A stretch of 37,467 nt of DNA from a virus (Duplodnaviria; Heunggongvirae; Uroviricota; Caudoviricetes): the IMG/VR virus record IMGVR_UViG_2563366946_000012; one strand, given 5' to 3'. This document shows positions 1-9,472 of this stretch, piece by piece. A model generated the notes under the pieces. It was not told where the DNA came from and ran no database searches. It worked only from the letters and a program-made list of their open reading frames with translations. The position numbers and the translations under genes are program-made. Within the stretch, counting starts at the first letter, position 1; every line of letters starts with the position of its first letter.

Positions 1-1287
1 ACCAAGGTAATTGAGGACATCTTTTATACTGCCCTTAGCGATAATAGCGCGACCAATAGCTGTAAGGGTTGCCAGCGCTGCGCGGTCTGCTCCGGTAAAA
101 TAAGGCAACCGATCTGCTGCAGTGGCAAGTCCTGCCAGAGCAGTGAGCGTGGCATCTGCCGGTTGTTTTCCGTTTGCCAGATCGTATGCAGCCTTGACCG
201 CTTTCGGTGTGGCGGCCAGTATTTCAGACGTGCTGTTGATGGCACTGCTCAATTGTACGGTGCCTTTTGCCGTCAGCGAGGCAGCAGGCACTCCCGTTAT
301 CTGACTCCACGGGTGAGTGTGGCTGACGGGCGCCTTGCCGGCTGCAAGGTCGTATGCAGCCTTGACCGCCTTCGGCGTGGCAGCCTCAGTTTCTGATTGA
401 CTGTCCGTGGCGCTGCTCAGTTGTACGGTGCCTTTTGCCGTCAGCGAGGCAGCAGGCACTCCCGTTATCTGACTCCACGGGTGAGTATGGCTGACGGGGG
501 CCTTGCCGGCAGCCAGGTCATATGCAGCCTTGACGGCCTTTGGTGTGGCGGCCAGCGTTTCAGAGGTGCTGTTGGTGGCACTGCTCAGTTGTACGATCCC
601 TTTACGGGTCGTTGTTGCATCCTGGGCTGTGTATTTTCCCCGGGCCAGATCATACGCGATTTTCACAGCCTTCGGCGTGGCAGCCTCAGTTTCTGATTGA
701 CTGTCCGTGGCACTGCTCAGTTGTACGGTGCCTTTTGCCGTCAGCGAGGCAGCAGGCACTCCCGTTATCTGACTCCACGGGTGAGTGTGGCTGACGGGCG
801 CCTTGCCGGCTGCAAGGTCGTATGCAGCCTTGACCGCCTTCGGCGTGGCAGCCTCAGTTTCTGATTGACTGTCCGTGGCGCTGCTCAGTTGTACGGTGCC
901 TTTTGCCGTCAGCGAGGCAGCAGGCACTCCCGTTATCTGACTCCACGGGTGAGTGTGGCTGACGGGTGCCTTGCCGGCTGCAAGGTCGTATGCAGCCTTG
1001 ACGGCTTTTGGTGTGGCGGCCAGCGTTTCAGAGGTGCTGTTGGTGGCACTGCTCAGTTGGGTGAACCCCTTAGCTGTCAGTGTCGCGTCCGGGTGGTTAC
1101 GGGAACGTACGTGTTCAGCCAGTGACTGTGCGGCTTCCTCCGTTTTTTTCTTCAGCCATTTCGTCCTGTTTGCCAGTTGCCGGGGGGCTCGATTTGATAT
1201 CCCGTCAGCACCACCCAGAACCGGATCTGATGTCTCCAGTTGATAGATATTTTCTTCCCACTTTTCTGTTTCATTCAGGTTTCCCAT
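1..1287 (-). CDS. Tail fiber protein, N-terminal portion (gene continues past window start, so absent from the ORF track)
   Basis: Hand translation from ATG at 1285-1287 (2 nt after the stop of the upstream gene) gives MGNLNETEKWEENIYQLETSDPVLGG...HPDATLTAKGFTQLSSATNSTSETLAATPKAVKAAYDLAAGK... with no stop down to position 1. These are the classic phage tail-fibre repeat motifs. Confidence 0.8.
   Translation of the reverse strand, partial: MGNLNETEKWEENIYQLETSDPVLGGADGISNRAPRQLANRTKWLKKKTEEAAQSLAEHVRSRNHPDATLTAKGFTQLSSATNSTSETLAATPKAVKAAYDLAAGKAPVSHTHPWSQITGVPAASLTAKGTVQLSSATDSQSETEAATPKAVKAAYDLAAGKAPVSHTHPWSQITGVPAASLTAKGTVQLSSATDSQSETEAATPKAVKIAYDLARGKYTAQDATTTRKGIVQLSSATNSTSETLAATPKAVKAAYDLAAGKAPVSHTHPWSQITGVPAASLTAKGTVQLSSATDSQSETEAATPKAVKAAYDLAAGKAPVSHTHPWSQITGVPAASLTAKGTVQLSSAINSTSEILAATPKAVKAAYDLANGKQPADATLTALAGLATAADRLPYFTGADRAALATLTAIGRAIIAKGSIKDVLNYLG
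160..1080. repeat. In-frame tandem coding repeats of about 168 bp (56 aa; one 132-bp unit) inside the tail fiber gene
   Basis: Near-identical units starting near 241, 409, 577, 709, 877 and 1045, each encoding QLSSAT(D/N)S.SET.AATPKAVKAAYDLAAGKAPVSHTHPWSQITGVPAASLTAKGTV. They also generate the repeated plus-strand frame-artifact ORFs in the track. Confidence 0.8.
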
Positions 1288-1289
1288 AA

Positions 1290-1880
1290 TCAACTGCTCC
1301 CGTGGTTATAACTGCCATCATGGATGGCGGTATTGTTATAGCGAATGGCCACAGACTGATACTCTAGGCTGGCCAGATGGCAGCGGGCCGGTGCAAATGC
1401 AGCGAGCGTCTGACGCAGCATCGCGGCCTGATCGTTAGTAATGGGCTGTTTCAGAATAACGCGATAAACCGCCCAGGCGGCTGCATCTCCATGAACAAAC
1501 AGTCCGTTATAGCTGCGATTGCCGTCGTAACTGAGACGACCTGTGCCTTCAATCAGATCCACTTCACCAAAGCCAAAACGGCGGATAACTTCCCGGATTG
1601 ACCACGGCGTCCCTTTATACCGGTGCAGTTCGATGGCTGCTTTTATAAGCATGCGGCGAACATCGTCCGATTCCGCCAGCTCCCAGCCATCGCCAGACAG
1701 TGAGAACTGCTCGCCCAGCCATGGCAGCGCAGAACTGTCGACGATATCGACGAGAAAGACCATCAGTACGCTCAGGTCGATGTTATCCAGCCGCCCTGCC
1801 AGTCTTCCCAGCGTCCTGAGACTGATATCTCCCTCAAGCGGTGGCGGGAGTTGTAATGGCTCAGTCATCAGACACTCCAC
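1290..1880 (-). CDS. Tail protein, P2 gpI / Mu gp48-like
   Basis: 196-aa ORF immediately upstream of the tail fiber and downstream of the J-like gene; size and position match P2 gpI-type tail proteins. Confidence 0.6.
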   Translation of the reverse strand: MECLMTEPLQLPPPLEGDISLRTLGRLAGRLDNIDLSVLMVFLVDIVDSSALPWLGEQFSLSGDGWELAESDDVRRMLIKAAIELHRYKGTPWSIREVIRRFGFGEVDLIEGTGRLSYDGNRSYNGLFVHGDAAAWAVYRVILKQPITNDQAAMLRQTLAAFAPARCHLASLEYQSVAIRYNNTAIHDGSYNHGSS

Positions 1881-2964
1881 TCATGTTAAGTGTGATCGCC
1901 GTACAGTTTGCCCATTCGTTTTCTGCCACCACCCTCAGTGCCGGTGTCACCAGTTCAACCTGGTACACCCCGGAAACGGACAATGCACTGATAATCTGGC
2001 TGGGGACAATATCACGCCCCAGCGTGGCGGCACGTGATGCCACCCAGTTCTGTATGGCGCTGTTAGCGGCATCTTTTACAGACCTGGCATCCTGATCACG
2101 ATAGATCGTAATCCTGGCTTCAATGGTGTAATCCACCTTCACTGGTGTTTTAGCCCGCACTGTATCAGTGAGTGGCCTGACTTTCTCATCAGAGCAGAAA
2201 CTCTCTACCAGCGTGAGAACACCGCCGTCCGGCAGACCGGTACTGAGCAGCGGATACAGATCTACGGTCCCGGGAACCGGGGAAAGCACAGCAACATCGA
2301 CAATGTTGGGATGGGCCTGCATGGCATGAAAGCGGTATGCGCCACGGCTTCCGGCATTGGTGAATGACTCCGGGGCCAGCCTGATACGCTCCCGGAGCCT
2401 GTCATCGTCTTCCTGTTCTGAACCGCCGGAACTGGCCGTCAGATTGCTCACCAGCAGGTCGACGTTATCAATCTCATCGAGTAACTGACTGACCTGCGCA
2501 GGTTGCCAGCCGTTACCAGCGGTACCGGGTTCGGTACAGGTGGACGTGACATTGACCAGCAGCAATCCGGCCTTCAGTACCACATCTGTATCGGTGGCGA
2601 AAATAACGCTGTCGGAAGCGCTGACGCGGGTGCCTGCCGGGATCAGCACATCAATGGCCAGTGCCTCATCTACGGAGAACTGGAGCGTGGTGGTGGCAGG
2701 CTGCGCGGCAAGACGGTATACACCGACCAGTTCACCGAGGTAATCAATCATCGGCTCACGGGCAAAGGCGACCAGATTCTGCTTTGCTGCCTCCTGTACC
2801 GCAACCCTGACCAGCATTTCGCGATAGGCCCACAGATCAATCAGCAGACGTTCTGCCTGTGCCGGGTACAGCGTTTTGCCGGTATCCGCTTCATACTTCG
2901 CAATCATTTCTGCCGTGATTTTGTCGGCATCGCGTTCAATAAAATCGGGTTCTGTCAGCGCCAT
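1861..2964 (-). CDS. Baseplate J-like protein (P2 gpJ / Mu gp47-like)
   Basis: 367-aa ORF in the canonical V-W-J-I-H order; overlaps neighbouring genes as in a coupled baseplate operon. Confidence 0.7.
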   Translation of the reverse strand: MALTEPDFIERDADKITAEMIAKYEADTGKTLYPAQAERLLIDLWAYREMLVRVAVQEAAKQNLVAFAREPMIDYLGELVGVYRLAAQPATTTLQFSVDEALAIDVLIPAGTRVSASDSVIFATDTDVVLKAGLLLVNVTSTCTEPGTAGNGWQPAQVSQLLDEIDNVDLLVSNLTASSGGSEQEDDDRLRERIRLAPESFTNAGSRGAYRFHAMQAHPNIVDVAVLSPVPGTVDLYPLLSTGLPDGGVLTLVESFCSDEKVRPLTDTVRAKTPVKVDYTIEARITIYRDQDARSVKDAANSAIQNWVASRAATLGRDIVPSQIISALSVSGVYQVELVTPALRVVAENEWANCTAITLNMSGVSDD

Positions 2965-3302
2965 AGCAGCTCCTGAGTCCGGGTCTGTCCGTCTGAGCCT
3001 TTCCAGCTCACCCGGAGCGTAAGATGTTCGCCGTCGACGGCGGGTTTAACTGACATAAGCTGGCAGCGGGGCTCCCAGCGCCGGATGGCATCGACGGATT
3101 CGCGCACCACATGCGGAATGGCCCGGTCTACAGGCCAGTCGATATAAAGATGCAGATTGCTGCCGAACTCCGGGCGATGCGGGTCGCTGCCGCGGGGAGT
3201 CCGCAGGATAATTTGAATCGCCTGCCGGATATCATCCAGCCCCCGGACAATTTCGCCGGGAGCCTGCAGGGCTGGTTGCCAGAATACTGAGGTCGTTTTC
3301 AT
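2955..3302 (-). CDS. Baseplate wedge protein, GPW/gp25-like
   Basis: 115-aa ORF between the spike and J-like genes; size and position match the GPW/gp25 family. Confidence 0.65.
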   Translation of the reverse strand: MKTTSVFWQPALQAPGEIVRGLDDIRQAIQIILRTPRGSDPHRPEFGSNLHLYIDWPVDRAIPHVVRESVDAIRRWEPRCQLMSVKPAVDGEHLTLRVSWKGSDGQTRTQELLWR

Positions 3303-3356
3303 GGGGGCAGTATTGCCCCCGTGCGGGAACGCTGATATTAAAGGCGTTTAAGAAGC

Positions 3357-3953
3357 TCAGTGGGAGTGGTGGCTGGAGTTTTCGCCATCAGACAGCATAC
3401 TGCCCGTGGCATGGGCATTCCCTTTAATCTCGATATTGCCATGGATGGTCGCGGTAACACCTTTACCACCAGAACCCGCCATGCCTCCTTCGTAAATCAG
3501 CTTTCCCCTGACACGCAGATCTCCGGTAAGTTCGGTTTCCGGTGCGTCAATCGTGGCTTTCTGTGTTTTCAATACCACATCAGCACCACACTCAATGACA
3601 ATATGCTCAATGCCGCCCCGGATGGTCAGAGTGTGCGTCTTCCGGTTGTAGCTGTACTCTGCACCATCAGCAAACCGGGTTCCCCGGATATTTTTGTCAC
3701 TGAACGGTGGTTTATCGACGTCTGAATACACCGCGCCCAGAATAACACCATCCTCGCCGTTGGCATCGAGCAGCACCTCAACCTGCTCCCCCACGTCAGG
3801 GAGCCAGTAATCTTTGTTATCCTGGGTATTGCGCTGCAGCACGTTAAGCCAGTTTGTGCGCAGGTTATCGCATTCAGGCAGACGAACGCGGGCCTGAACC
3901 CTGTCGGCATCAACGGCACTGACCGTACCGACCTGACGAGTGACACCAGTCAT
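3357..3953 (-). CDS. Baseplate assembly protein V / central spike (Mu gp45-like)
   Basis: 198-aa ORF with gpV-like organisation and a His-rich C-terminus (…GSMLSDGENSSHHSH); sits between the gpD-like and gpW-like genes. Confidence 0.7.
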   Translation of the reverse strand: MTGVTRQVGTVSAVDADRVQARVRLPECDNLRTNWLNVLQRNTQDNKDYWLPDVGEQVEVLLDANGEDGVILGAVYSDVDKPPFSDKNIRGTRFADGAEYSYNRKTHTLTIRGGIEHIVIECGADVVLKTQKATIDAPETELTGDLRVRGKLIYEGGMAGSGGKGVTATIHGNIEIKGNAHATGSMLSDGENSSHHSH

Positions 3954-5104
3954 TTTTTCTTCTCCTTAATCACCGTCGATGTACTGCCATCCGGGTGATA
4001 AACCGTGAGTTTCTGAGTTTTTTGTTTTTTCCCTCTTGTGACTGGCCCCCGTGCCACTTCCAGCTCTGTGGTGTAGCCGCTGTTACGGTCAAACGCATGG
4101 CGGGCAGTGGTTATGAGCCATGGCCCGGATAACTGCCCAAAACTCACCAGTTCAATTTTGTTGCCTGCTGTCAGTTGAGGTGTTCCCGTCAGCGTCAGGG
4201 AGCCGTTCTGCTGGTATTCGTTATGTCTGGCCAGTGCTGAATCCGCTTTAATCCGGGCACTGTCCGGGTCGCTGACGCGGCTGTTAACTTTAAGTGAGTC
4301 AGCGCTGGTAACCTTACCACCTTTGAGCTTTTTGTCGCTTTCACGGGTACCACCATCAGCTTCGTAGACGATCAGTTTTTTACTGCTGCTTTTCTGGTGT
4401 TTTACCTTTGCAGATTTATAGACCCGGTTGATGGTGTCACGCAGGGAAAAGCGGGCCACATCCTGCGGTTTTAACTGCCTGACCGGCTCCTGACTGCGCA
4501 GTGTGGCCAGATGAGAAAAAATCAGCTGGTCACTGACCACTTTCACTGCATAACCATACTCGCTGGCCAGCCGGCGCAGAAAACCCACGTCGGTTTCAGC
4601 ATACTGGGTCACCCGGTCGATTCTGATGGACTCAATGCTGCCCACCAGTTTCAGTCGGTGCTTTCTGGCAATCCGCCCCGCAACAGCTGCCAGCGTGGTG
4701 TTCTCAAAACCACGACTGGTTTTAGTCCGCAGGGCACTGTTAACCGAGGTGGCCACCCCACGGATAGAAACAACGGAAGCGGGCGAACTCACTTCGATCT
4801 CGTCTATAGAGAACGTACCGCAGGACAGCAGCTTCTCGCCCTGATAGCCCATTTTCAGCGTCAGCGTGTCACCCTTGCCCGGATACCACTTATCCAGCCA
4901 GCGGCCATCGGTGTCGTCCAGCTCCACCTCAATGGTATCGGACTCATTTTTGATGTTATCGCTCCAGGTCACACGGGTGACATAAGGCGCGATATCAGAG
5001 GTGATGTTTTTCTGCAGATACCACAGAGTGAACACCGGTGTCAGCACATCGCTGACGCCGGTTAACGCTGATGTGACTTGCGCAGTGCTGTTTATCTCAG
5101 CCAT
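3950..5104 (-). CDS. Tail protein D / late control D family (baseplate hub, Mu P-like)
   Basis: 384-aa ORF, typical size for gpD-family proteins, located after the gpX-like gene and before the spike. Confidence 0.65.
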   Translation of the reverse strand: MAEINSTAQVTSALTGVSDVLTPVFTLWYLQKNITSDIAPYVTRVTWSDNIKNESDTIEVELDDTDGRWLDKWYPGKGDTLTLKMGYQGEKLLSCGTFSIDEIEVSSPASVVSIRGVATSVNSALRTKTSRGFENTTLAAVAGRIARKHRLKLVGSIESIRIDRVTQYAETDVGFLRRLASEYGYAVKVVSDQLIFSHLATLRSQEPVRQLKPQDVARFSLRDTINRVYKSAKVKHQKSSSKKLIVYEADGGTRESDKKLKGGKVTSADSLKVNSRVSDPDSARIKADSALARHNEYQQNGSLTLTGTPQLTAGNKIELVSFGQLSGPWLITTARHAFDRNSGYTTELEVARGPVTRGKKQKTQKLTVYHPDGSTSTVIKEKKK

Positions 5105-5307
5105 GGGGCAATATCCTCTTCTGTACGGGCTTCTTCAGCCTCAATCACCGGGATCAGTAACAACAGCCCGGAGGGCAGCACCGGCGTGATGGCCACGTGC
5201 GGATTGGCGGCAATAATCCGGGGATAGCCCAGCGGGTCACCGTAGTACTGCCATGCCAGCGAATCCCAGCGCTCTCCGTCACGGGTAACATGTTCAAGAA
5301 ACATCAC
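5092..5307 (-). CDS. Tail protein X-like (small LysM-like tail protein)
   Basis: 71-aa ORF between the gpU-like and gpD-like genes; sequence VTRDGERWDSLAWQYYGDP…IIAANP resembles the gpX family. Confidence 0.55.
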   Translation of the reverse strand: MMFLEHVTRDGERWDSLAWQYYGDPLGYPRIIAANPHVAITPVLPSGLLLLIPVIEAEEARTEEDIAPWLR

Positions 5308-6188
5308 ACACTCCTCGTCAGTATTCTGGCGGCCATTGCACTTAATCCCGGAGACATGCGGTTGAATGCTGTGCCGGCGGCGTTAAGCTGCCCGGAAACG
5401 GTATCCAGAGCACCTGCAATATTTCTTTTGTCCACACCACTCAGCGCAGACTGTGCCTGCTGTACATACGTGGCTGCTTCGCTGGCTGTTCTGGCCAGAC
5501 TGATGGCATCGGGCATGGATTCAGAGAGTGCGTTAAACGCCGGAACACTTTTCCCCAGAGCCCCGGAGATATTACCCAGTCCGCTCATCAGCCCCGGCAC
5601 ACGGGTCAGTGCGACAACGGGGTTATCCTTCATTTTCTGTGTCACCCGAACGGCGCTGATAGTGGTCTGGAGTACAGACTGCGCCTGTTTCGCATAGTTG
5701 ACGCCGTTGCGGATGAACTGCGCCACCCCTGAAGGTGAAGGAATGGCACCGGAGACCGCCCCGACACCCGGGAGCTTCGTGCGTATTGCCGGTGGTTGCA
5801 GAGGATTTTTCGGGTCACCGGTGTATTCCCGGAGAGACACGGTGGCACTGACAGCCAGCACGTTGCCGGTACTGTCAGTCTGCTCGCTGGTTGCAGTCAC
5901 ATCGGTAATCACGAACCAGCCGCGATAGTCACCGTTGCCGAAGACCAGCGCCAGTGCCTGATGGGCTTTCATGGCTGTTCGCAGTCTCGCCAGCTCCACA
6001 TCGGGTACACAATAATGCTGATGGAAAACCAGAGTTATCTGGATTTCGTCCAGCCTGTCGCCGACGAATTGCAGGCCAGGCTTCCCCCCGATGCGGGCAT
6101 GCTCCGCATAATCGACGCCGAACGTGGCCTCGAAGCCGTCCCAGTAGGTAATCAGCTCAAACTCAATATCACCCAGTACGGCAAACAT
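5304..6188 (-). CDS. Tail protein (P2 gpU / Mu DNA-circulation N-like)
   Basis: 294-aa ORF directly downstream of the tape measure gene (start/stop abut at 6188); low-complexity Ala/Ser/Gly-rich C-terminal half. Confidence 0.45.
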   Translation of the reverse strand: MFAVLGDIEFELITYWDGFEATFGVDYAEHARIGGKPGLQFVGDRLDEIQITLVFHQHYCVPDVELARLRTAMKAHQALALVFGNGDYRGWFVITDVTATSEQTDSTGNVLAVSATVSLREYTGDPKNPLQPPAIRTKLPGVGAVSGAIPSPSGVAQFIRNGVNYAKQAQSVLQTTISAVRVTQKMKDNPVVALTRVPGLMSGLGNISGALGKSVPAFNALSESMPDAISLARTASEAATYVQQAQSALSGVDKRNIAGALDTVSGQLNAAGTAFNRMSPGLSAMAARILTRSV

Positions 6189-9139
6189 CAGCGGTACTCC
6201 TTACGTTGTTTCTGAGCCAGCAGACGCTCCAGCATTTTTTCCAGCTCATGCAGACTCATATTCAGGGCACCAGTCAGTCCTGCAGGCGCTGTGGTTTCCC
6301 TGCCATTGAGGAAAAACTGAGGATTAAAGCTGACCTGAATACCACCAGACGTTCCACCGCCGGTTGCAGCTGCACCACGGCCTGAATATCCGGCAGCCAG
6401 GATTTCAGACGAGGGGATACGGGGAACATCCGGTGTCATCTCATTTGCCAGACGTTGCCCTGGTAAAATCGATGCCCGGGTGGAGAGCGGAATAGCGGGC
6501 ATGGAAGACAAACTATTGATTACGGATCCGATCGCATTTTTAGCAGACGACATAAACCCGTTGATATCGGGCAACGGCATGCGGAAGTGAACATCTGAAG
6601 TGTTATCCCGTATTTCTGGCCCCTGAATGCTCACGGGCATTTTGGGGAGCAGTTCACTGGCCATTCGCTGACCGGCCAGAGCTGCAAGCGGAGTGCTCCG
6701 CTGCAGGCCAATGGCGGCCCCCTGCGCGATATTGTCACCAAAGCCCATAAACACGCGGCTCGGCGAATGAATGCCCAGCTTTTCGCTGAACCAGCCACTG
6801 ATGCTGTCGCCCATTCCGGTTACGCTGGTTTTGAGTGACTCCCATTTGTTTTTGATACCGTTAATCAGACCGTCGACAAGATGGCCACCGAAGTCGGTGA
6901 ACTTTGCCGGCAGCTCAACGCCGAGATATTTCAGCGCAGCTGCAAAGGCTTTATAGAGCAGACCTGCCGGCGACCAGTTAATCAGCAGCTTACCAGTTCC
7001 CACGATACCGCCGTTAAAGGCTTCCTGAATGTCAGCCCAGCGTTGTTTAAACCAGCTACTGATGCTGTCACCCATTCCGGTTACACTGGATTTGAGCGCC
7101 CCCCATTTGTTTTTGATACCGTTAATCAGACCGTCGATAAGATGGCCACCGAAGTCGGTGAACTTTGCCGGCAGAGCAACGCCGAAATATTTCAGCGCAG
7201 CCGCAAAGGCTTTATAGAGCAGGCCTGCCGGCGACCAGTTAATCAGCAACTTACCAATTCCCACAATGCCGCCGTTAAAGGCTTCCTGAATGTCAGCCCA
7301 GCGCTGTTTAAACCAGCCACTGACTGCCCCCCAGTTGCGGTAGATAAGGTAAGCTGCTGCCGCGACAGCGGTGATAACGAGACCGATGGGATTCATCATC
7401 AGCGCACGTCCAATCCAGAGAACAGCACGTCCGGCGAGCATAATTCCGCGAACCAGCCCCCCGGAGAGCACGCCACTCAGTGTTCTGGCTCCTCTGGCGA
7501 CGGCGCTAAATCCGGTCACCAGCCAGCGGAGCTTACCGCCTTGCCCCAGTGCGAGCGACAGACGAAGCCAGTTGGCCCGAAGTAAAACAGCATTTTTCCA
7601 GACACTTACAAAGGGGGAAATAAGGAGATTCAGCCCCAGTTTGAGACCAACAGTCGCTATCTTAATCGCAAGGAGCGCACTGATGAGCTTAAAAGCCCCA
7701 CTGACAAATTGCGGGTGAGTCGCTACCCAGTGTTTTGTCCCCTGAATGAGTGGGAGCAAGTCCTGAGTCAGAGAAATAAAAGATGGAGCTAATTGATCGC
7801 CCAGCGTAATTGCCAGATCGCGACTGCTGACCATAAGTGCTTTAGTGGCTTCAAGGGGAGATTTCAGCCGCTGATCATAAGCACTGGCAAGCAAATCGTT
7901 ATCCGCAGTCCTGAGAGCACCGGCGCGGATCTCGCGATATCTGTCCATGTTGGCCAGCATCGGGCGGATAAATGCCATGACCTGCATATCCGCGAACATA
8001 TCACCCAGACCAAAGTTTTTCGCCAGAGCCTGAAGTGCCTCATCTCTTGCCGTATCATTCTTTATTTTCATGGCGGATTTGAAGCCGGCCAGCGCTTCGG
8101 GGCTTTTGGCATTGAGGTAACGTTCTATAACACTCAACATCCCTTCAATCGGAGAGATCCCCGCAGCCTTATAACTCGCAATAGATCCCTGCAAATCAAT
8201 ACCCAGATCAGCAAACTGTTTCTGAGTATCGCGGGCAAAAATTTTGGTAAGAAAGTTTTTAAAATTATTGGCTGCCTCGTCGGTGGAACCTGCACCGATT
8301 TTTGCTATCTGGAGACTGGCCCCGATTTCAGCAACAGCCTCTTTTCCACTGGCAATACCCGCCATCATTGGGGCCAGGGACTGCATCCACTTGACCTGAT
8401 CCGGGATTTCAAATGACCCCTGGTCACCGGCATAAGCCATAATATTCTGAACGGCACCAAAATCTCTGGCCGCACCTTTCAGGGAGTTTTGCCAGACTGC
8501 GGCCACTTTTGCCCAGTCCTGAGCAGACGTGCGTGTTGCCGTTGCCGCGCGGGCAATATCCGGCATCAGAAAACCGATATCTGACACATTATCAATATTG
8601 TCGCTGATGAGTGAACCCACCGCCTCCTGCAGCTCATCCTGATACTGATTGTATTTAAGCGCCCAGCCTTTTATCTGTCCGGCAAGTGCATCCCGCGTTT
8701 TATTGTCATATTTTGCGGTGATCGACATATCAATCATTTTGTCCTGAAAAGACATGGACTGCTGAACGGCAGGGGAAACCGTATGATAAACAGTCTGTGC
8801 CATGCCATACGCTTCAATCCCCTGACCATACAGCGCCATGCGGTTAGCTTTCAGCGCATCACTGGTAGCGGATGCCGCTGACAGACGGCGCTGCTGGCGC
8901 ACAATTTGCTCCATGGTGCGGCTTACCCGCAGCAGCTCGCTGTTGAGATGCTGCATCCGGGAAGAACCCAGTTGACCATAACGTTCTGTTGCACGGGTTA
9001 AAGCGTTCTGACGTTCCTGCAGGCGGCGTGAGGTATCGCTCAGGGAATCAAGCGCACGGCGGGTACCGCTCATTGCAGAACGGAATGTGCTGCCAATCAT
9101 CCCGCCGATAACAACGCCGACTGAAAACTGTCCCGACAT
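6188..9139 (-). CDS. Tail tape measure protein
   Basis: 983-aa ORF, the longest in the tail module. Alpha-helical/coiled-coil N-terminus, hydrophobic central segments, internal repeats; lies downstream of the chaperone pair with a GGAGG RBS. Confidence 0.85.
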   Translation of the reverse strand: MSGQFSVGVVIGGMIGSTFRSAMSGTRRALDSLSDTSRRLQERQNALTRATERYGQLGSSRMQHLNSELLRVSRTMEQIVRQQRRLSAASATSDALKANRMALYGQGIEAYGMAQTVYHTVSPAVQQSMSFQDKMIDMSITAKYDNKTRDALAGQIKGWALKYNQYQDELQEAVGSLISDNIDNVSDIGFLMPDIARAATATRTSAQDWAKVAAVWQNSLKGAARDFGAVQNIMAYAGDQGSFEIPDQVKWMQSLAPMMAGIASGKEAVAEIGASLQIAKIGAGSTDEAANNFKNFLTKIFARDTQKQFADLGIDLQGSIASYKAAGISPIEGMLSVIERYLNAKSPEALAGFKSAMKIKNDTARDEALQALAKNFGLGDMFADMQVMAFIRPMLANMDRYREIRAGALRTADNDLLASAYDQRLKSPLEATKALMVSSRDLAITLGDQLAPSFISLTQDLLPLIQGTKHWVATHPQFVSGAFKLISALLAIKIATVGLKLGLNLLISPFVSVWKNAVLLRANWLRLSLALGQGGKLRWLVTGFSAVARGARTLSGVLSGGLVRGIMLAGRAVLWIGRALMMNPIGLVITAVAAAAYLIYRNWGAVSGWFKQRWADIQEAFNGGIVGIGKLLINWSPAGLLYKAFAAALKYFGVALPAKFTDFGGHLIDGLINGIKNKWGALKSSVTGMGDSISSWFKQRWADIQEAFNGGIVGTGKLLINWSPAGLLYKAFAAALKYLGVELPAKFTDFGGHLVDGLINGIKNKWESLKTSVTGMGDSISGWFSEKLGIHSPSRVFMGFGDNIAQGAAIGLQRSTPLAALAGQRMASELLPKMPVSIQGPEIRDNTSDVHFRMPLPDINGFMSSAKNAIGSVINSLSSMPAIPLSTRASILPGQRLANEMTPDVPRIPSSEILAAGYSGRGAAATGGGTSGGIQVSFNPQFFLNGRETTAPAGLTGALNMSLHELEKMLERLLAQKQRKEYR
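6770..7330. repeat. Tandem duplication of a 261-bp (87-aa) unit inside the tape measure gene (two full copies plus the start of a third)
   Basis: Units begin near 6789, 7050 and 7311; protein repeat SWFKQRWADIQEAFNGGIVG(I/T)GKLLINWSPAGLLYKAFAAALKY…GMGDSIS occurs twice in tandem. Confidence 0.85.
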
Positions 9140-9214
9140 AGTGGTTAACCTCCGGGGAAGGTGAAAAGACGTGAGGGGATAACGCAGAACAGCCGCTACT
9201 GGCGGCTGTCTGTA

Positions 9215-9472
9215 CTATGATTTGTCGCCGTACTCGCTTTTGATTTGCTCTTCAGCCTGCTCCAGCCACATCTCCAGATCGTCAGTATCGAGGGCATCAA
9301 TCTCCCCCGGCTGAAACCGGAACCATCTCGCCAGCAGCCCCTGCGCCTGCGTCAGCGCCCTGGTTGCTCTCACCCATCCCCGTGATGAGCTGAAATCGTT
9401 TCTGTAACTGCAGGTAATCAGCCAGATCCATATTGTCGAGATCTTCCGGGAGAAGACCAGTACTGCGGGCAA
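9215..9472 (-). CDS. Overlapping alternative-frame ORF, candidate frameshift extension of the tail chaperone (E'-like)
   Basis: 85-aa ORF in a different frame overlapping the 3' half of the chaperone and ending just upstream of the tape measure start; acidic protein-like C-terminal sequence (…FQPGEIDALDTDDLEMWLEQAEEQIKSEYGDKS). Confidence 0.4.
   Translation of the reverse strand: MPAVLVFSRKISTIWIWLITCSYRNDFSSSRGWVRATRALTQAQGLLARWFRFQPGEIDALDTDDLEMWLEQAEEQIKSEYGDKS

Noticed and set aside
160-1080. Periodic repeats that could superficially suggest a CRISPR array
   Set aside because: Units are about 168 bp, contiguous with no spacers, and in-frame coding sequence for tail-fiber repeat motifs; no CRISPR-like 25-40 bp repeat/spacer structure anywhere in the window.
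122-1289. Eight plus-strand ORFs with near-identical translations (MTVRGAAQLYGAFCRQRGSRHSRYLTPRVS…) at the window start
   Set aside because: They are wrong-strand and wrong-frame readings of the 168-bp tandem repeats in the minus-strand tail fiber gene, whose own frame is open from 1287 to position 1 and gives a convincing tail-fiber protein.
6771-7585. Plus-strand ORFs of 61, 62 and 234 aa with duplicated sequence inside the tape measure region
   Set aside because: Antisense frame artifacts created by the 261-bp tandem duplication within the minus-strand tape measure gene.
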